Shown: positions 49,350 through 58,811, counted from the first letter of the stretch. The stretch: DNA of 64,000 nt from an uncultured Bacteroidales bacterium (GCA_963760915.1 CAVXEU010000002.1:1670132-1734131); one strand, 5' to 3'. Numbers and translations are program-made. Notes: generated by a model from the letters alone, not told the origin.

Positions 49350-50672
49350 TTACGATTTATAAATATCGAATGGCCAAATAATTGCTAAAGTTTTTAGCTT
49401 TAATTGTTTATGAAGGCGTTTATCGAAAATATCATATAGATAATTTGTTGAAAATTGGGCAATAAGTGTGGCCATTGCAGATCCAACAATACCATATTTT
49501 GGTATCCAAATTAGATTTAGAATAATATTTAAAGTTGCCCCAGCAATTGTTCTGTAGAATGATATTTTTGTTAAATTTTCAGTCAGCAAGTATTGACTGA
49601 ATGCATATCCTAAGAACACGAATACTGCAGTCCAAATATGTATCATCAAAACTTTGCTTGCTTCTAAATATGCATTTCCATACAGGAATGAAACGATCCA
49701 ATTACTGAAAAAAGTAATGGGGAGTGCGATACCTATAGCCATCCAAACCATCAATGTATAAAGTCTTTGTAATCTTTTATTAAAAAAATCTTCATTTATC
49801 TTTTTTGCATTTAGGATAGCAGTAAAAAGTGAGTTAGTAATAATCAAAGGCACAAAATACCAGATCTCGCTAATTCTCACAGCTGCGGAATAAAGCCCAA
49901 CAGAACGGTCATCTAGCATCTCTTTTATCATTATTTGATCTATTCGCATATAAATCATTATAGCAATATTACTCAAAATCAAGGCCCAACTATCTGATAA
50001 AAATCTTTTGCCTATTGTCCAATCAAAGTGTTTAAAAAAATTGCCGATTTTTTGATATTTGTAAGCAATAAGGAATGATATAGAAAGTGTAATTGAATCA
50101 AACAAAATTATAAGCACAAACCAGAATAAATCAGCATGTTTTAATACAAAATAAATTTTCAATAGTGACGATAAAAAAAGTTGTGTCATCTTACATATTG
50201 AAACAAATTTTGATAAAACTTTGCTTTGAAAATAAAAATCAACTACTTCAAAACTCTGAAATATTATTCCAGCAGCTATTATAAAAATATAAACGTTTGT
50301 AGTGGCATCATTTGAAGTAAAAAGTGTAGCTATACCTATTATAAACAATGTTATAATCCCACCTACAAATTTCAGCCAAAATGCTGTACCTAAATAGATA
50401 TCACGCTTCTCAGGAAAGTTTACTAGATCTCTTATTATAATGCCATCCAAACCAAGTTTTGCAAGTCCACCAAATATGGCTGCAAATGCAATAGCATAAC
50501 TAAAAGTCCCAAATTTTTCGGGTCCTAGATATCTTGCCACCCAAAGACCTACAATAAAACCTGCTATCAATCGAAGGATGGTCTCTGAAAACATCCATGC
50601 AGTATTTTTTGCATATTTTTTAAAACCTTGATGCTTATAAATTGTCTTTAACTTTTGGGTAATACTTCTCAT
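49350..50672 (-). CDS. wzx: oligosaccharide flippase (Wzx, MOP superfamily), second copy
   Basis: About 12-14 TM spans, with KNTAWMFSETILRLIAGFIVGLWVARYLGPEKFG. Confidence 0.8.
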   Translation of the reverse strand: MRSITQKLKTIYKHQGFKKYAKNTAWMFSETILRLIAGFIVGLWVARYLGPEKFGTFSYAIAFAAIFGGLAKLGLDGIIIRDLVNFPEKRDIYLGTAFWLKFVGGIITLFIIGIATLFTSNDATTNVYIFIIAAGIIFQSFEVVDFYFQSKVLSKFVSICKMTQLFLSSLLKIYFVLKHADLFWFVLIILFDSITLSISFLIAYKYQKIGNFFKHFDWTIGKRFLSDSWALILSNIAIMIYMRIDQIMIKEMLDDRSVGLYSAAVRISEIWYFVPLIITNSLFTAILNAKKINEDFFNKRLQRLYTLMVWMAIGIALPITFFSNWIVSFLYGNAYLEASKVLMIHIWTAVFVFLGYAFSQYLLTENLTKISFYRTIAGATLNIILNLIWIPKYGIVGSAMATLIAQFSTNYLYDIFDKRLHKQLKLKTLAIIWPFDIYKS

Positions 50673-50761
50673 ATAGTTAACTGTCCTAACTCACATTCTT
50701 TTCAATTATATTCAAGATTTCTGCACCTCCTCATAAAAACCGCCTGTGAATTAATTCTAGA

Positions 50762-51973
50762 TTATTTGTTCTGCTTAGTTATTTCAAGCCTATTTTTATA
50801 AACCATATTTAATCCTTCTTCCAGACTAACTTCCTCCTTCCATCCTAGCCCGTTTATCTTTGAAACATCCAGCAGTTTACGTGGAGTTCCGTCTGGTTTG
50901 GAAGAATCCCATTTCAGCTCACCCTTAAATCCAACAATACTTTTTATCATCTCTGCAAGTTCCTTAATTGTCAGATCCTTCCCGGTGCCAATATTGATAT
51001 GTGTATTCTTTATGTCGGCATGGGGCGTGGGGCGTGGGGCGTGGGGCAAGGAGCTAAGAGCATGTGGCTCAGGATTACTTACCTTAAGATCGCTAAAATC
51101 AACATGATTCATGACAAAAACGCAAGCTTCTGCCATATCATCTACATACAGGAACTCACGAAAAGGCGTTCCGGTACCCCAGAGGGTAATCGAAACGGGT
51201 TGCAGGGTGCGAGCCTCCTTCGCTAAAGCTTCGAAGGCTAAAAGGTGTGAGGCATTATCTGATGAATATTTAATACCATATTTAGCTAGTTTCTCTATTA
51301 TTAGTGCCTCAGAAGCAGTTTCGTCAATCCCTTCAATCGGGTACTTTTTCAGATCGCTTCTGATGCCGGCCCAATCATTGCTTTCCAGACATTTACCGAG
51401 GTGCATTTTTCTGATCAATGCAGGAAGAACATGCGACGTTTCCAGGTTGTAATTATCATTCGGCCCGTACAGGTTTGTCGGCATGACTGAAATAAAGTTT
51501 GTTCCATATTGAATATTATACGATTCACACATCTTTATTCCTGCAATCTTTGCTATGGCATAAGGTTCATTTGTATATTCAAGCTCATCAGTTAATAAAT
51601 ACTCTTCTTTGATAGGTTGAGGGCAATTCTTCGGATATATACATGAACTCCCAAGGAACAGCAATTTCTTGACTCCATTCTTATAACTCTGATGGATAAT
51701 GTTATTCTGGATCATCAGGTTCTCATAAAGAAACTGTCCCCGGAAAGTATTATTGGCCATGATCCCTCCCACTTTTGCAGCAGCCAGAATTACAAATTCC
51801 GGTTTCTCCTTTTCAAAAAAATTAGCAACAATTTGCTGATTTGTAAGGTCATACGGAGGATATGGAGTAAAAACGAGGTTAGAATAGCCATGATCCAGCA
51901 AATTCCTGGTAATTGCGCTGCCAACCATGCCTTTATGACCGGCCACGTATATTTTAGAGTCTTTTTCCATCAT
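50762..51973 (-). CDS. fcl: GDP-L-fucose synthase with two in-frame insertions
   Basis: [23 protein letters not shown] (YxxxK), [16 protein letters not shown] and [14 protein letters not shown]. It is 403 aa, whereas E. coli Fcl is 321 aa. Confidence 0.85.
   Translation of the reverse strand: MMEKDSKIYVAGHKGMVGSAITRNLLDHGYSNLVFTPYPPYDLTNQQIVANFFEKEKPEFVILAAAKVGGIMANNTFRGQFLYENLMIQNNIIHQSYKNGVKKLLFLGSSCIYPKNCPQPIKEEYLLTDELEYTNEPYAIAKIAGIKMCESYNIQYGTNFISVMPTNLYGPNDNYNLETSHVLPALIRKMHLGKCLESNDWAGIRSDLKKYPIEGIDETASEALIIEKLAKYGIKYSSDNASHLLAFEALAKEARTLQPVSITLWGTGTPFREFLYVDDMAEACVFVMNHVDFSDLKVSNPEPHALSSLPHAPRPTPHADIKNTHINIGTGKDLTIKELAEMIKSIVGFKGELKWDSSKPDGTPRKLLDVSKINGLGWKEEVSLEEGLNMVYKNRLEITKQNK
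51021..51048 (-). repeat. heptanucleotide tandem repeat (TGGGGCG x3 plus TGGGGCA on the plus strand; CCCCACG units on the coding strand) inside fcl
   Basis: Read directly at 51021-51048. It encodes [11 protein letters not shown]. Confidence 0.9.
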
Positions 51974-52012
51974 GAAATGTTAAGTTGCAATGATTTTATT
52001 AAATCCATTAAC

Positions 52013-52048
52013 CGCAAAGCACACAAAGAATGCGCAAAGGTCGCAAAG
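52013..52048. repeat. four phased (G/A)CAAAG boxes with 9-11 bp spacing in the gmd-fcl spacer
   Basis: GCAAAG at 52014, ACAAAG at 52023, GCAAAG at 52034 and GCAAAG at 52043. Confidence 0.6.
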
Positions 52049-52065
52049 ATATGCACCTGAGTTTC

Positions 52066-53109
52066 TTATATAATACGCTTCTTAGCTTTCTTAAAATCGG
52101 ACATAACCATGATTTTCACCAGGTCCCGGAAAGTGGTTTTTGGCTGCCAGCCAAGTATTTCCTTTGCCTTTGCAGGATTGCCAATCAGAATATCGACTTC
52201 AGTCGGCCGGAAATGGCGTGGTTCAATACCCACTACCTCTTTTCCGGTTGACTTCAATATTCCTTTCTCCGCAATTCCTTTTCCTGTCCATCTGATTTCA
52301 TCTCCCAAAACTTTAAATGTCTCTTCAACAAATTCACGTATAGTATGTGTTTCGTTCGTTGCCAGTACAAAATCATCAGGCTTATCTGCCTGAAGGATGC
52401 GCCACATTCCTTCAACATATTCCGGGGCATATCCCCAGTCTCTTTTCGAATCTATATTCCCCAGCATAAGTTTCTCCTGCTGTCCCAGTATAATTTTTGA
52501 TGCAGCAACAGTTATCTTGCGTGTAACAAATGTCTTACCCCTTCGCTCGCTTTCATGATTAAAAAGGATCCCGTTACTTGCAAAAACATTATATGCTTCC
52601 CTGTAATTCACAACCACCCAGTAAGCATACAGTTTGGCTGCAGCATAAGGACTTCTCGGGTAAAAAGGAGTTTTTTCCGTTTGGGGGATCTCCTGAACCT
52701 TTCCATAAAGCTCGGATGTTGAAGCCTGGTAGAAACGGGTTTTAATCCCGGTTTCTTTGATTGCATCTAAAAAACGGAGAGTCCCCACTCCGTCGACCTC
52801 AGCTGTGTACTCAGGGACTTCAAAGGATACCTGTACATGTGACTGAGCACCAAGATTGTAAATTTCGGTTGGTTTAACTTTTTCGACCAGCCTGTTCAGA
52901 TTACTCGAATCGGTCAGATCTCCGTAATGAAGAAAAAACCTTTTATTCAGATAATCGGGATTGTTATAAATATGATCTATCCGGAAAGTATTAAATGAGC
53001 TTGAACGCCTCATGATGCCATGTACCTCATACCCTTTATCCAGAAGAAGTTCCGTAAGGTATGATCCATCCTGCCCGGTTATCCCTGATATTAGTGCAAT
53101 ATTTCTCAT
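52066..53109 (-). CDS. gmd: GDP-mannose 4,6-dehydratase
   Basis: [39 protein letters not shown] and NHESERRG. Confidence 0.95.
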   Translation of the reverse strand: MRNIALISGITGQDGSYLTELLLDKGYEVHGIMRRSSSFNTFRIDHIYNNPDYLNKRFFLHYGDLTDSSNLNRLVEKVKPTEIYNLGAQSHVQVSFEVPEYTAEVDGVGTLRFLDAIKETGIKTRFYQASTSELYGKVQEIPQTEKTPFYPRSPYAAAKLYAYWVVVNYREAYNVFASNGILFNHESERRGKTFVTRKITVAASKIILGQQEKLMLGNIDSKRDWGYAPEYVEGMWRILQADKPDDFVLATNETHTIREFVEETFKVLGDEIRWTGKGIAEKGILKSTGKEVVGIEPRHFRPTEVDILIGNPAKAKEILGWQPKTTFRDLVKIMVMSDFKKAKKRII

Positions 53110-53134
53110 ATTCTTATTAATTTAACTTAAATAT

Positions 53135-54298
53135 CTAGATCCAATAATCCTTAAGCCTGATTTTTACCCTTATTGCATTTTGAATTTCCTCTTCACTTAT
53201 AAGTATAAGATATCCACCACCTCCTGCTCCTGAAAGTTTCCATGCAACAGCCTTATCCTTATGCATATCAATTACACCTCCGATTTTTTCATTCATCATC
53301 TTCGGAAACATTGCCACCTGGGCATTGAACGAAGCCAGGAATCCTTTCGAAAAATCTTTTATGTCCTGCCTCTTCAACCCATCCCAGGCCAGTTCAGAAG
53401 CACCAGTCAGCCTATGGACCTTCTCAGCAGAAATATCAGTATGCTTAAGCACAACAAAATCAGAAGGTCTGGGCCATAATGTGACCATATAAAGTCGTTC
53501 TTCAAGCCATTTAATAGTTGACAGATCCGATATTGTCTCAAACCTTGATGGCCAGTATTTTTCGCTATCGTAATAAAAACGGTTTATTCCCGGCATCGTT
53601 ATACCTATCGAATCCTGCGAACCGCTTACATCTTTAGTTCCCGGATCGTTATCATATCTGAAAAGCACCTTTGCAAGTTTTTCCGGATTATCCATCGGAA
53701 GATGGTCATTCCAAAGCTCAATTGCTTTCTTGCGGGTTGATGTAGCCATTCCGGAACGTTCATTGAATTCAATTGTAGGCTCAATTGATGTTGTAATTGC
53801 CCATCCACCACAATACTTCGATACATAAGGCTGATCAATCCAGGTACCTGCAAGATCTATACGGTAGGGAATCGGTGTCTCTTTTCGCAAAGAAGTTGTG
53901 GAGCGAACAGGTAAATTTGCATGAGGTATCCTTTTTAAAACTTTGTAGTCAATACCAAGATCTTTACAAATTTTTTCTTTCTCAGGTGTATGCCCATCCT
54001 CATTAACAATGAAAACATCAGGTCCCAGGTCCTTCATATCATCCAGAAAATCAAGGATCCCGCTTCCTCTGTTAATTTTAACATTATTAACACATGAAAG
54101 GGCTTCGATCATATAAAGTCGTTCGTCTTCAGAATTAATGGTTTTGCGTCCTTTCAGATCAAACACTGTCTTGTCAGATCCCAGTCCGACGTGCAAATCG
54201 CCATACTGCGAAGCTTCTTTCAAAAAAGCAATATGACCGGAATGGAGTATGTCAAAACAACCACTGACAAAGACTTTCTTTGGAGACCTGGATCGCAT
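53135..54298 (-). CDS. fusion protein: N-terminal cytidylyltransferase-like (TagD/RfaE-II type HxGH) domain plus C-terminal GHMP sugar kinase-like domain
   Basis: N-terminal part: VFVSGCFDILHSGHIAFLKEA. C-terminal part: ERSGMATST (a divergent GHMP phosphate loop), SGSQDS (compare the GxQDQ of heptose/fucose kinases) and KLSGAGGGGYLILI. The ATG at 54298 (MRSRSPKK) is preferred over the track start at 54358. Confidence 0.6.
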   Translation of the reverse strand: MRSRSPKKVFVSGCFDILHSGHIAFLKEASQYGDLHVGLGSDKTVFDLKGRKTINSEDERLYMIEALSCVNNVKINRGSGILDFLDDMKDLGPDVFIVNEDGHTPEKEKICKDLGIDYKVLKRIPHANLPVRSTTSLRKETPIPYRIDLAGTWIDQPYVSKYCGGWAITTSIEPTIEFNERSGMATSTRKKAIELWNDHLPMDNPEKLAKVLFRYDNDPGTKDVSGSQDSIGITMPGINRFYYDSEKYWPSRFETISDLSTIKWLEERLYMVTLWPRPSDFVVLKHTDISAEKVHRLTGASELAWDGLKRQDIKDFSKGFLASFNAQVAMFPKMMNEKIGGVIDMHKDKAVAWKLSGAGGGGYLILISEEEIQNAIRVKIRLKDYWI

Positions 54299-54405
54299 AT
54301 AATAAGATTTTAATAACTTGATGAAGGATAAAGATAAAAGACAAAAGTCACAAGACAAACTTTTATCTTTCTACTTTAATATTTTGTCTAAGAAATTTTT
54401 AACCT

Positions 54406-56310
54406 TTATTCGTGGGTTGTTGCAGCATACTTACTTGTATAACCGGGTACGATATCTTTCATTGCTTCAACAACCTGAGGACCGGTCTTATCGTAAATAT
54501 TAACAAGAGTTTCATTAATCTTAGGCAGAATACATTCATTGTCAGCATCTGCGACTCTGGCGATACTGATTTTGGGATTGTGAGTCGCCAGTTGTTGCTC
54601 ATAGTCAGAGAACAGCTCTTCATAAAGCTTCTCACCGGGACGTAACCCTGTAAAGACTATCTCAATATCTTTATATGGTTCAAGACCTGATAAGCGGATA
54701 AGTTTAGTGGCAATATCCAGAATTTTTATTGGTTTACCCATATCAAAAATAAAAATTTCACCACCGTTCCCCATAAAACCTGCTTCAAGAACCAGCTGGC
54801 ATGCTTCCGGGATTGTCATAAAGAAACGTGTTATTTCAGGATCTGTAATGGTAACCGGACCACCTTCTGCAATCTGTTTTTTAAATATTGGAATAACGGA
54901 TCCGTTTGAACCAAGTACATTTCCAAAGCGCGTAGTAACAAACTTTGTTCTGGTACCGGTTCTCCTGGATTGTGCCTGAACAATCAATTCACATATCTTT
55001 TTTGTCGCACCCATTATATTGGTGGGATTTACAGCCTTGTCGGAAGATACCATGACAAATTTCTCAGCCTTATATCTTAATGCAAACTCAGAAACTATTT
55101 TAGTTCCTCCCACGTTAACCCTGAAAGCCTCATGAGGATTTGATTCCATAACCGGAACATGCTTGTATGCAGCCGCGTGAAATACTATTTCAGGGCGATA
55201 CCTTCTGAAAACAAAATCCATCTTAAGTTCATTGGTAATGTCGCCAATAATAAATTTGTAATTGCATTCAGGATACTTTTCTTTCAATTCATTAATCAGA
55301 TAAAATGATGGCGTCTCAGCCTGATCAACAAGAATAAGTTTCTTACAATTATACTTAGTGAGTTGCCGTACTATTTCAGATCCGATTGATCCTGCAGCGC
55401 CAGTCACCAGAATTGTTTTACCATTGAGACCTTCTTTAATTTTTCTGAGGTCAAGGGTTATTGGTTCGCGACCCAGAAGAGCTTCAAATTGTACCTTCTT
55501 TAATTGATTTACCTGCAACTGGCCATTAAGCCATTTGTCAAATGATGGTGTATCGAGTATCTCAAGTCCAAGATTAATAACTGATTCCAGTACTTCTTTT
55601 TTTCTTGCAGGTGAAATATCTTTAATAGCAAAAATAAATACCTCTATGCCCTCTTCTTCAACAAAATCTTTTGACAGAACATTCTTCGAGTACACAGGAA
55701 ATCCATCAAGCTTTTTACCCTGAAGCTTGCTATTATCATCTATAAAACCCTTGAGCTGATAACTGCTCTTTGGATCGCTTTCAAGAACTCTTTTTACTAT
55801 GATACCTGTATCCCCTGAACCATAGATTAATACCTTTTTCTTGCGGCTGGAAGGGATGGTAACAAAAACATAAAACATTTTGATAAATACTCTGAAAAAG
55901 ACAAGAGCAACAGTGACGGTTCCATAGTGGATCATTAAAATGGACAATGGGACATTAAAGAGTGGATTAAATTCAAATTTCCTGCTGATAATCGTAACTA
56001 TAAATAATAATGCAAATGCTACAGTATTGGTAACTGCAATAATGAATGTATCTTTAATTGTTGTCTGGCGCAGCAGTCCGGAATATGATTTAAAAATGAG
56101 CATAAAAACGATGTAGCCTGAACACACCAGAAATGCCTGTTTCATTGCAAGGGAAATACTGAATGATTCAGGTTCAAGGTTAAATCTTAAAAGGTAAGCC
56201 AGTAAAAAAGTAAAGAAAACTGCTGAAATATCAATCAACAGAACAAACCATCTGGGCAATGAGTGTTTCCTGAAAATTTGTATTGTCAGATATTTAAGCG
56301 AATTGATCAT
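54406..56310 (-). CDS. membrane-anchored UDP-HexNAc 4,6-dehydratase (CapD/PglF/WbpM family)
   Basis: Four N-terminal TM spans, two Rossmann regions (VLIYGSGDTG; ILVTGAAGSIGSE), and MGATKKICE, the family variant of YxxxK. Confidence 0.9.
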   Translation of the reverse strand: MINSLKYLTIQIFRKHSLPRWFVLLIDISAVFFTFLLAYLLRFNLEPESFSISLAMKQAFLVCSGYIVFMLIFKSYSGLLRQTTIKDTFIIAVTNTVAFALLFIVTIISRKFEFNPLFNVPLSILMIHYGTVTVALVFFRVFIKMFYVFVTIPSSRKKKVLIYGSGDTGIIVKRVLESDPKSSYQLKGFIDDNSKLQGKKLDGFPVYSKNVLSKDFVEEEGIEVFIFAIKDISPARKKEVLESVINLGLEILDTPSFDKWLNGQLQVNQLKKVQFEALLGREPITLDLRKIKEGLNGKTILVTGAAGSIGSEIVRQLTKYNCKKLILVDQAETPSFYLINELKEKYPECNYKFIIGDITNELKMDFVFRRYRPEIVFHAAAYKHVPVMESNPHEAFRVNVGGTKIVSEFALRYKAEKFVMVSSDKAVNPTNIMGATKKICELIVQAQSRRTGTRTKFVTTRFGNVLGSNGSVIPIFKKQIAEGGPVTITDPEITRFFMTIPEACQLVLEAGFMGNGGEIFIFDMGKPIKILDIATKLIRLSGLEPYKDIEIVFTGLRPGEKLYEELFSDYEQQLATHNPKISIARVADADNECILPKINETLVNIYDKTGPQVVEAMKDIVPGYTSKYAATTHE

Positions 56311-56549
56311 AAGACAAGATCATGTTTGTAAATTTAGTTAAATTTTGTTAAGATAAATCAGTTGGTTTACGTATATTAGATTGAAAGGTTGCATTTGGAT
56401 TAATGGTTTTGTTAACGATTCAAGGAATTATAACAAACCTGACATTTTTTTTTAGCCTGATGCAGAGATGCTTTCGCCACGTCAGTCACATTATATGCAT
56501 ACATATATGTCTGGCTATGTGATAAATACGATAAGTATTGTAACAAATG

Positions 56550-57533
56550 TTACAAATTATTCAGGTACCACTGAACTGCTTCTTTAAGACCACCGGCAAC
56601 ATTCTTAACAGGAGAATAACCCAGAAGTCTTTTGGCTTTTTCAATTGAGGCCAGTGAATGAGCTATATCACCTGCCCTGGGCGGTCCATAAGCAGGTTCA
56701 ATTGATAAGATATCCCTATCGGACTCACCAGCCAAATCACGAATAATGTAAAAAAGCTGGTTAAGAGTTGTCCTTTCTCCATGCGCAACATTGTAAACCT
56801 GGTTAAGAGCTTCTCTGTTCTCAATAACGGCAGCAAGGTGATTAGCCTGAACCACATTGTCAATATATGTAAAATCGCGTGATACACTACCATCTCCATT
56901 TATCAGGGGTATCTCATGATTCATAAGCATTTTTACAAATTTCGGAATAACCGCTGCATATGCCCCGTCAGGATCCTGTCTTTTGCCAAAAACATTAAAA
57001 TAACGTAACCCGATCACATCAATCCCATATCCTTTCGCAAAATTTTCAGCAAACAGTTCATCAACATATTTGGTAATGGCATAAGGAGATAAGGGCGAAC
57101 CTATTTGATCTTCGACTTTCGGAAGATCAGGGTGATCACCATAAGTTGAAGAGCTGGCTGCGTAAATAAACCTTCTGACACCGTATTCTTTTGCTGCAAA
57201 AAGCATTTTAACAAACCCTCCGATATTTACATCTGTTGATGATATCGGATCTTTTATTGATCGTGGCACCGACCCCAGTGCAGCCTGGTGAAAAACAACT
57301 TCAATATTCCGGACAGCATTTGTGCAATCACTGTAATCCCGAATATCACCTTCTATTAATTTAAATGCAGGATTGGTTATAAACTCTTTCAGATTCTCTC
57401 TTTTTCCTGTTGAAAAATTATCCAGACAAACGACAGAATTTCCTGTAAGTAAAAGTGACTCTACCAGATTCGATCCTATAAACCCCGCTCCACCAGTAAC
57501 CAGTACTCTTTTATCCCTTAACTTTCTTTCCAT
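56550..57533 (-). CDS. extended SDR UDP-sugar 4-epimerase (WbpP/TviC-like)
   Basis: VLVTGGAGFIGSNL and SPYAITKYVDE. The ORF-track start at 57539 is TTG; the ATG at 57533 gives MERKLRDKRVLVTGG. Confidence 0.8.
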   Translation of the reverse strand: MERKLRDKRVLVTGGAGFIGSNLVESLLLTGNSVVCLDNFSTGKRENLKEFITNPAFKLIEGDIRDYSDCTNAVRNIEVVFHQAALGSVPRSIKDPISSTDVNIGGFVKMLFAAKEYGVRRFIYAASSSTYGDHPDLPKVEDQIGSPLSPYAITKYVDELFAENFAKGYGIDVIGLRYFNVFGKRQDPDGAYAAVIPKFVKMLMNHEIPLINGDGSVSRDFTYIDNVVQANHLAAVIENREALNQVYNVAHGERTTLNQLFYIIRDLAGESDRDILSIEPAYGPPRAGDIAHSLASIEKAKRLLGYSPVKNVAGGLKEAVQWYLNNL

Positions 57534-57587
57534 CAGCAATTAAAACCTCAATATTACAAATATTAACACAATTTAACATCATTAAAA

Positions 57588-58751
57588 TTACACTTTTTCA
57601 AACATCCGTAATATTTCATTCAGAATGAATTCGGCAGTTTTTCCATCACCATAGAACCGGGGATATCTCAACAATTTCGTTGAATCGAGATAATATAAAA
57701 ACTCATTTCGTATAAGTTCCGGATCCGCATCTACAAGCCTTGCCGTACCATTTTTTACCAGTTCGACCCACTCAGTCTCCTTCCTCAGGACGATACATGG
57801 CTTATTAAAAAAATGCGATTCTTTCTGAACTCCCCCAGAGTCAGTAATGATTAAACGGCAATTCTTCTCAAGAAGTATCATTTCAAGAAATGATACAGGT
57901 GGAATAATTTTAATGCGCTCAGAATATGAAAGTTCTCGAAATAGCCCCTGAAGACTGGTTTTCAGAGATCTGATAGTTCTCGGATGAAAAGGCATAACAA
58001 ATACAATGCCATTCTCTTCCGCCAGATTTTTCAGAGTAATAAGTATCTCCTTAAGCCTTTCAATGTTATCGGTATTTGTATCTCTGTGAATTGTGACAAG
58101 TATATAGTTATTTCTTTCCAGAGAAAGCTTTTGAAGAAAATCAGTCTTAGTTTTTTCGGCAAGTTCCGCAAAGAACAGAGTATTGTCATACATTATATCC
58201 CCAGTGAAATAGATCTTTGGATTATTGATGGTATATGGCGGACTGTTCTCAGGTCTGAACCCTTCGTTAATAAGGTTCTTAAAGGCAGCATTTGTAGGTG
58301 CAAAAAGCAAAGTTGAAGAATGATCACTAATGATCCTGTTAAGTTCTTCAGGCATTGCTTTATTGAATGACCTCATGCCGGCTTCAATATGGATTACCGG
58401 GAAATGAAGTTTTGCAGCAGCCAGAGCTCCTGCAAGAGTTGAATTTGTGTCACCATAAAGCAAAACACAATCAGGCTTTTCTTTAAGAAGAATCTCTTCA
58501 ATACCTGTAATCATCATGGATGTTTGCCGGCCATGACCGGATGATCCCACACCGAGATTATAATGTGGCTTATGAATTTCAAGTTCGTCAAAAAACACTC
58601 CGGAGAGCTCTTTATCATAATGCTGTCCTGTATGAACAATTATTTCAGAGATATCCTTTGCAAAATGATTACGAATAGACCTGCTTATTGCAGAAGCCTT
58701 AATGATTTGTGGTCTGGCACCCACAATATTTAGTAGTTTGATCAAAGACAT
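57588..58751 (-). CDS. wecB: UDP-N-acetylglucosamine 2-epimerase (non-hydrolysing)
   Basis: VGARPQIIKA, HTGQHYD, VLLYGDTNSTLAGALAA, HIEAGMRS and TDSGGVQKE. The track start at 58778 is a TTG overlapping a promoter box, so the ATG at 58751 was used. Confidence 0.9.
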   Translation of the reverse strand: MSLIKLLNIVGARPQIIKASAISRSIRNHFAKDISEIIVHTGQHYDKELSGVFFDELEIHKPHYNLGVGSSGHGRQTSMMITGIEEILLKEKPDCVLLYGDTNSTLAGALAAAKLHFPVIHIEAGMRSFNKAMPEELNRIISDHSSTLLFAPTNAAFKNLINEGFRPENSPPYTINNPKIYFTGDIMYDNTLFFAELAEKTKTDFLQKLSLERNNYILVTIHRDTNTDNIERLKEILITLKNLAEENGIVFVMPFHPRTIRSLKTSLQGLFRELSYSERIKIIPPVSFLEMILLEKNCRLIITDSGGVQKESHFFNKPCIVLRKETEWVELVKNGTARLVDADPELIRNEFLYYLDSTKLLRYPRFYGDGKTAEFILNEILRMFEKV

Positions 58752-58775
58752 TGAAGGTTGAAATTTATCAGGCTC

Positions 58776-58783
58776 CAAATATA
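58776..58783 (-). promoter_or_regulatory. Bacteroidota -7 promoter box TATATTTG at the head of the glycan region
   Basis: The plus strand reads CAAATATA. On the minus strand this lies 24 nt upstream of the wecB ATG and just downstream of the rny terminator. Confidence 0.45.
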
Positions 58784-58811
58784 GAAAAAATATTAGTTTC
58801 TCTATGTGTTT

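Noticed and set aside
51021-51048. Possibility that the G+C-rich tandem repeat is a CRISPR or minisatellite array
   Set aside because: The units are only 7 nt, directly abutting with no spacers, and lie inside a coding frame. No cas genes or longer repeat-spacer periodicity occur anywhere in the window.
54299-54358. 20-codon N-terminal extension (MSCDFCLLSLSFIKLLKSYY) of the cytidylyltransferase-GHMP fusion
   Set aside because: The nucleotidyltransferase fold begins right after the internal MRSRSPKK start, and the extension has no counterpart in that family. I kept it only as an alternative start.
56311-56549. 239 bp gap between the epimerase and capD-like genes, examined for promoters, invertible-switch repeats or a small RNA
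   Set aside because: It holds only short A/T palindromes (for example ACATATATGT). There is no minus-strand promoter box and no stable long-range pairing.
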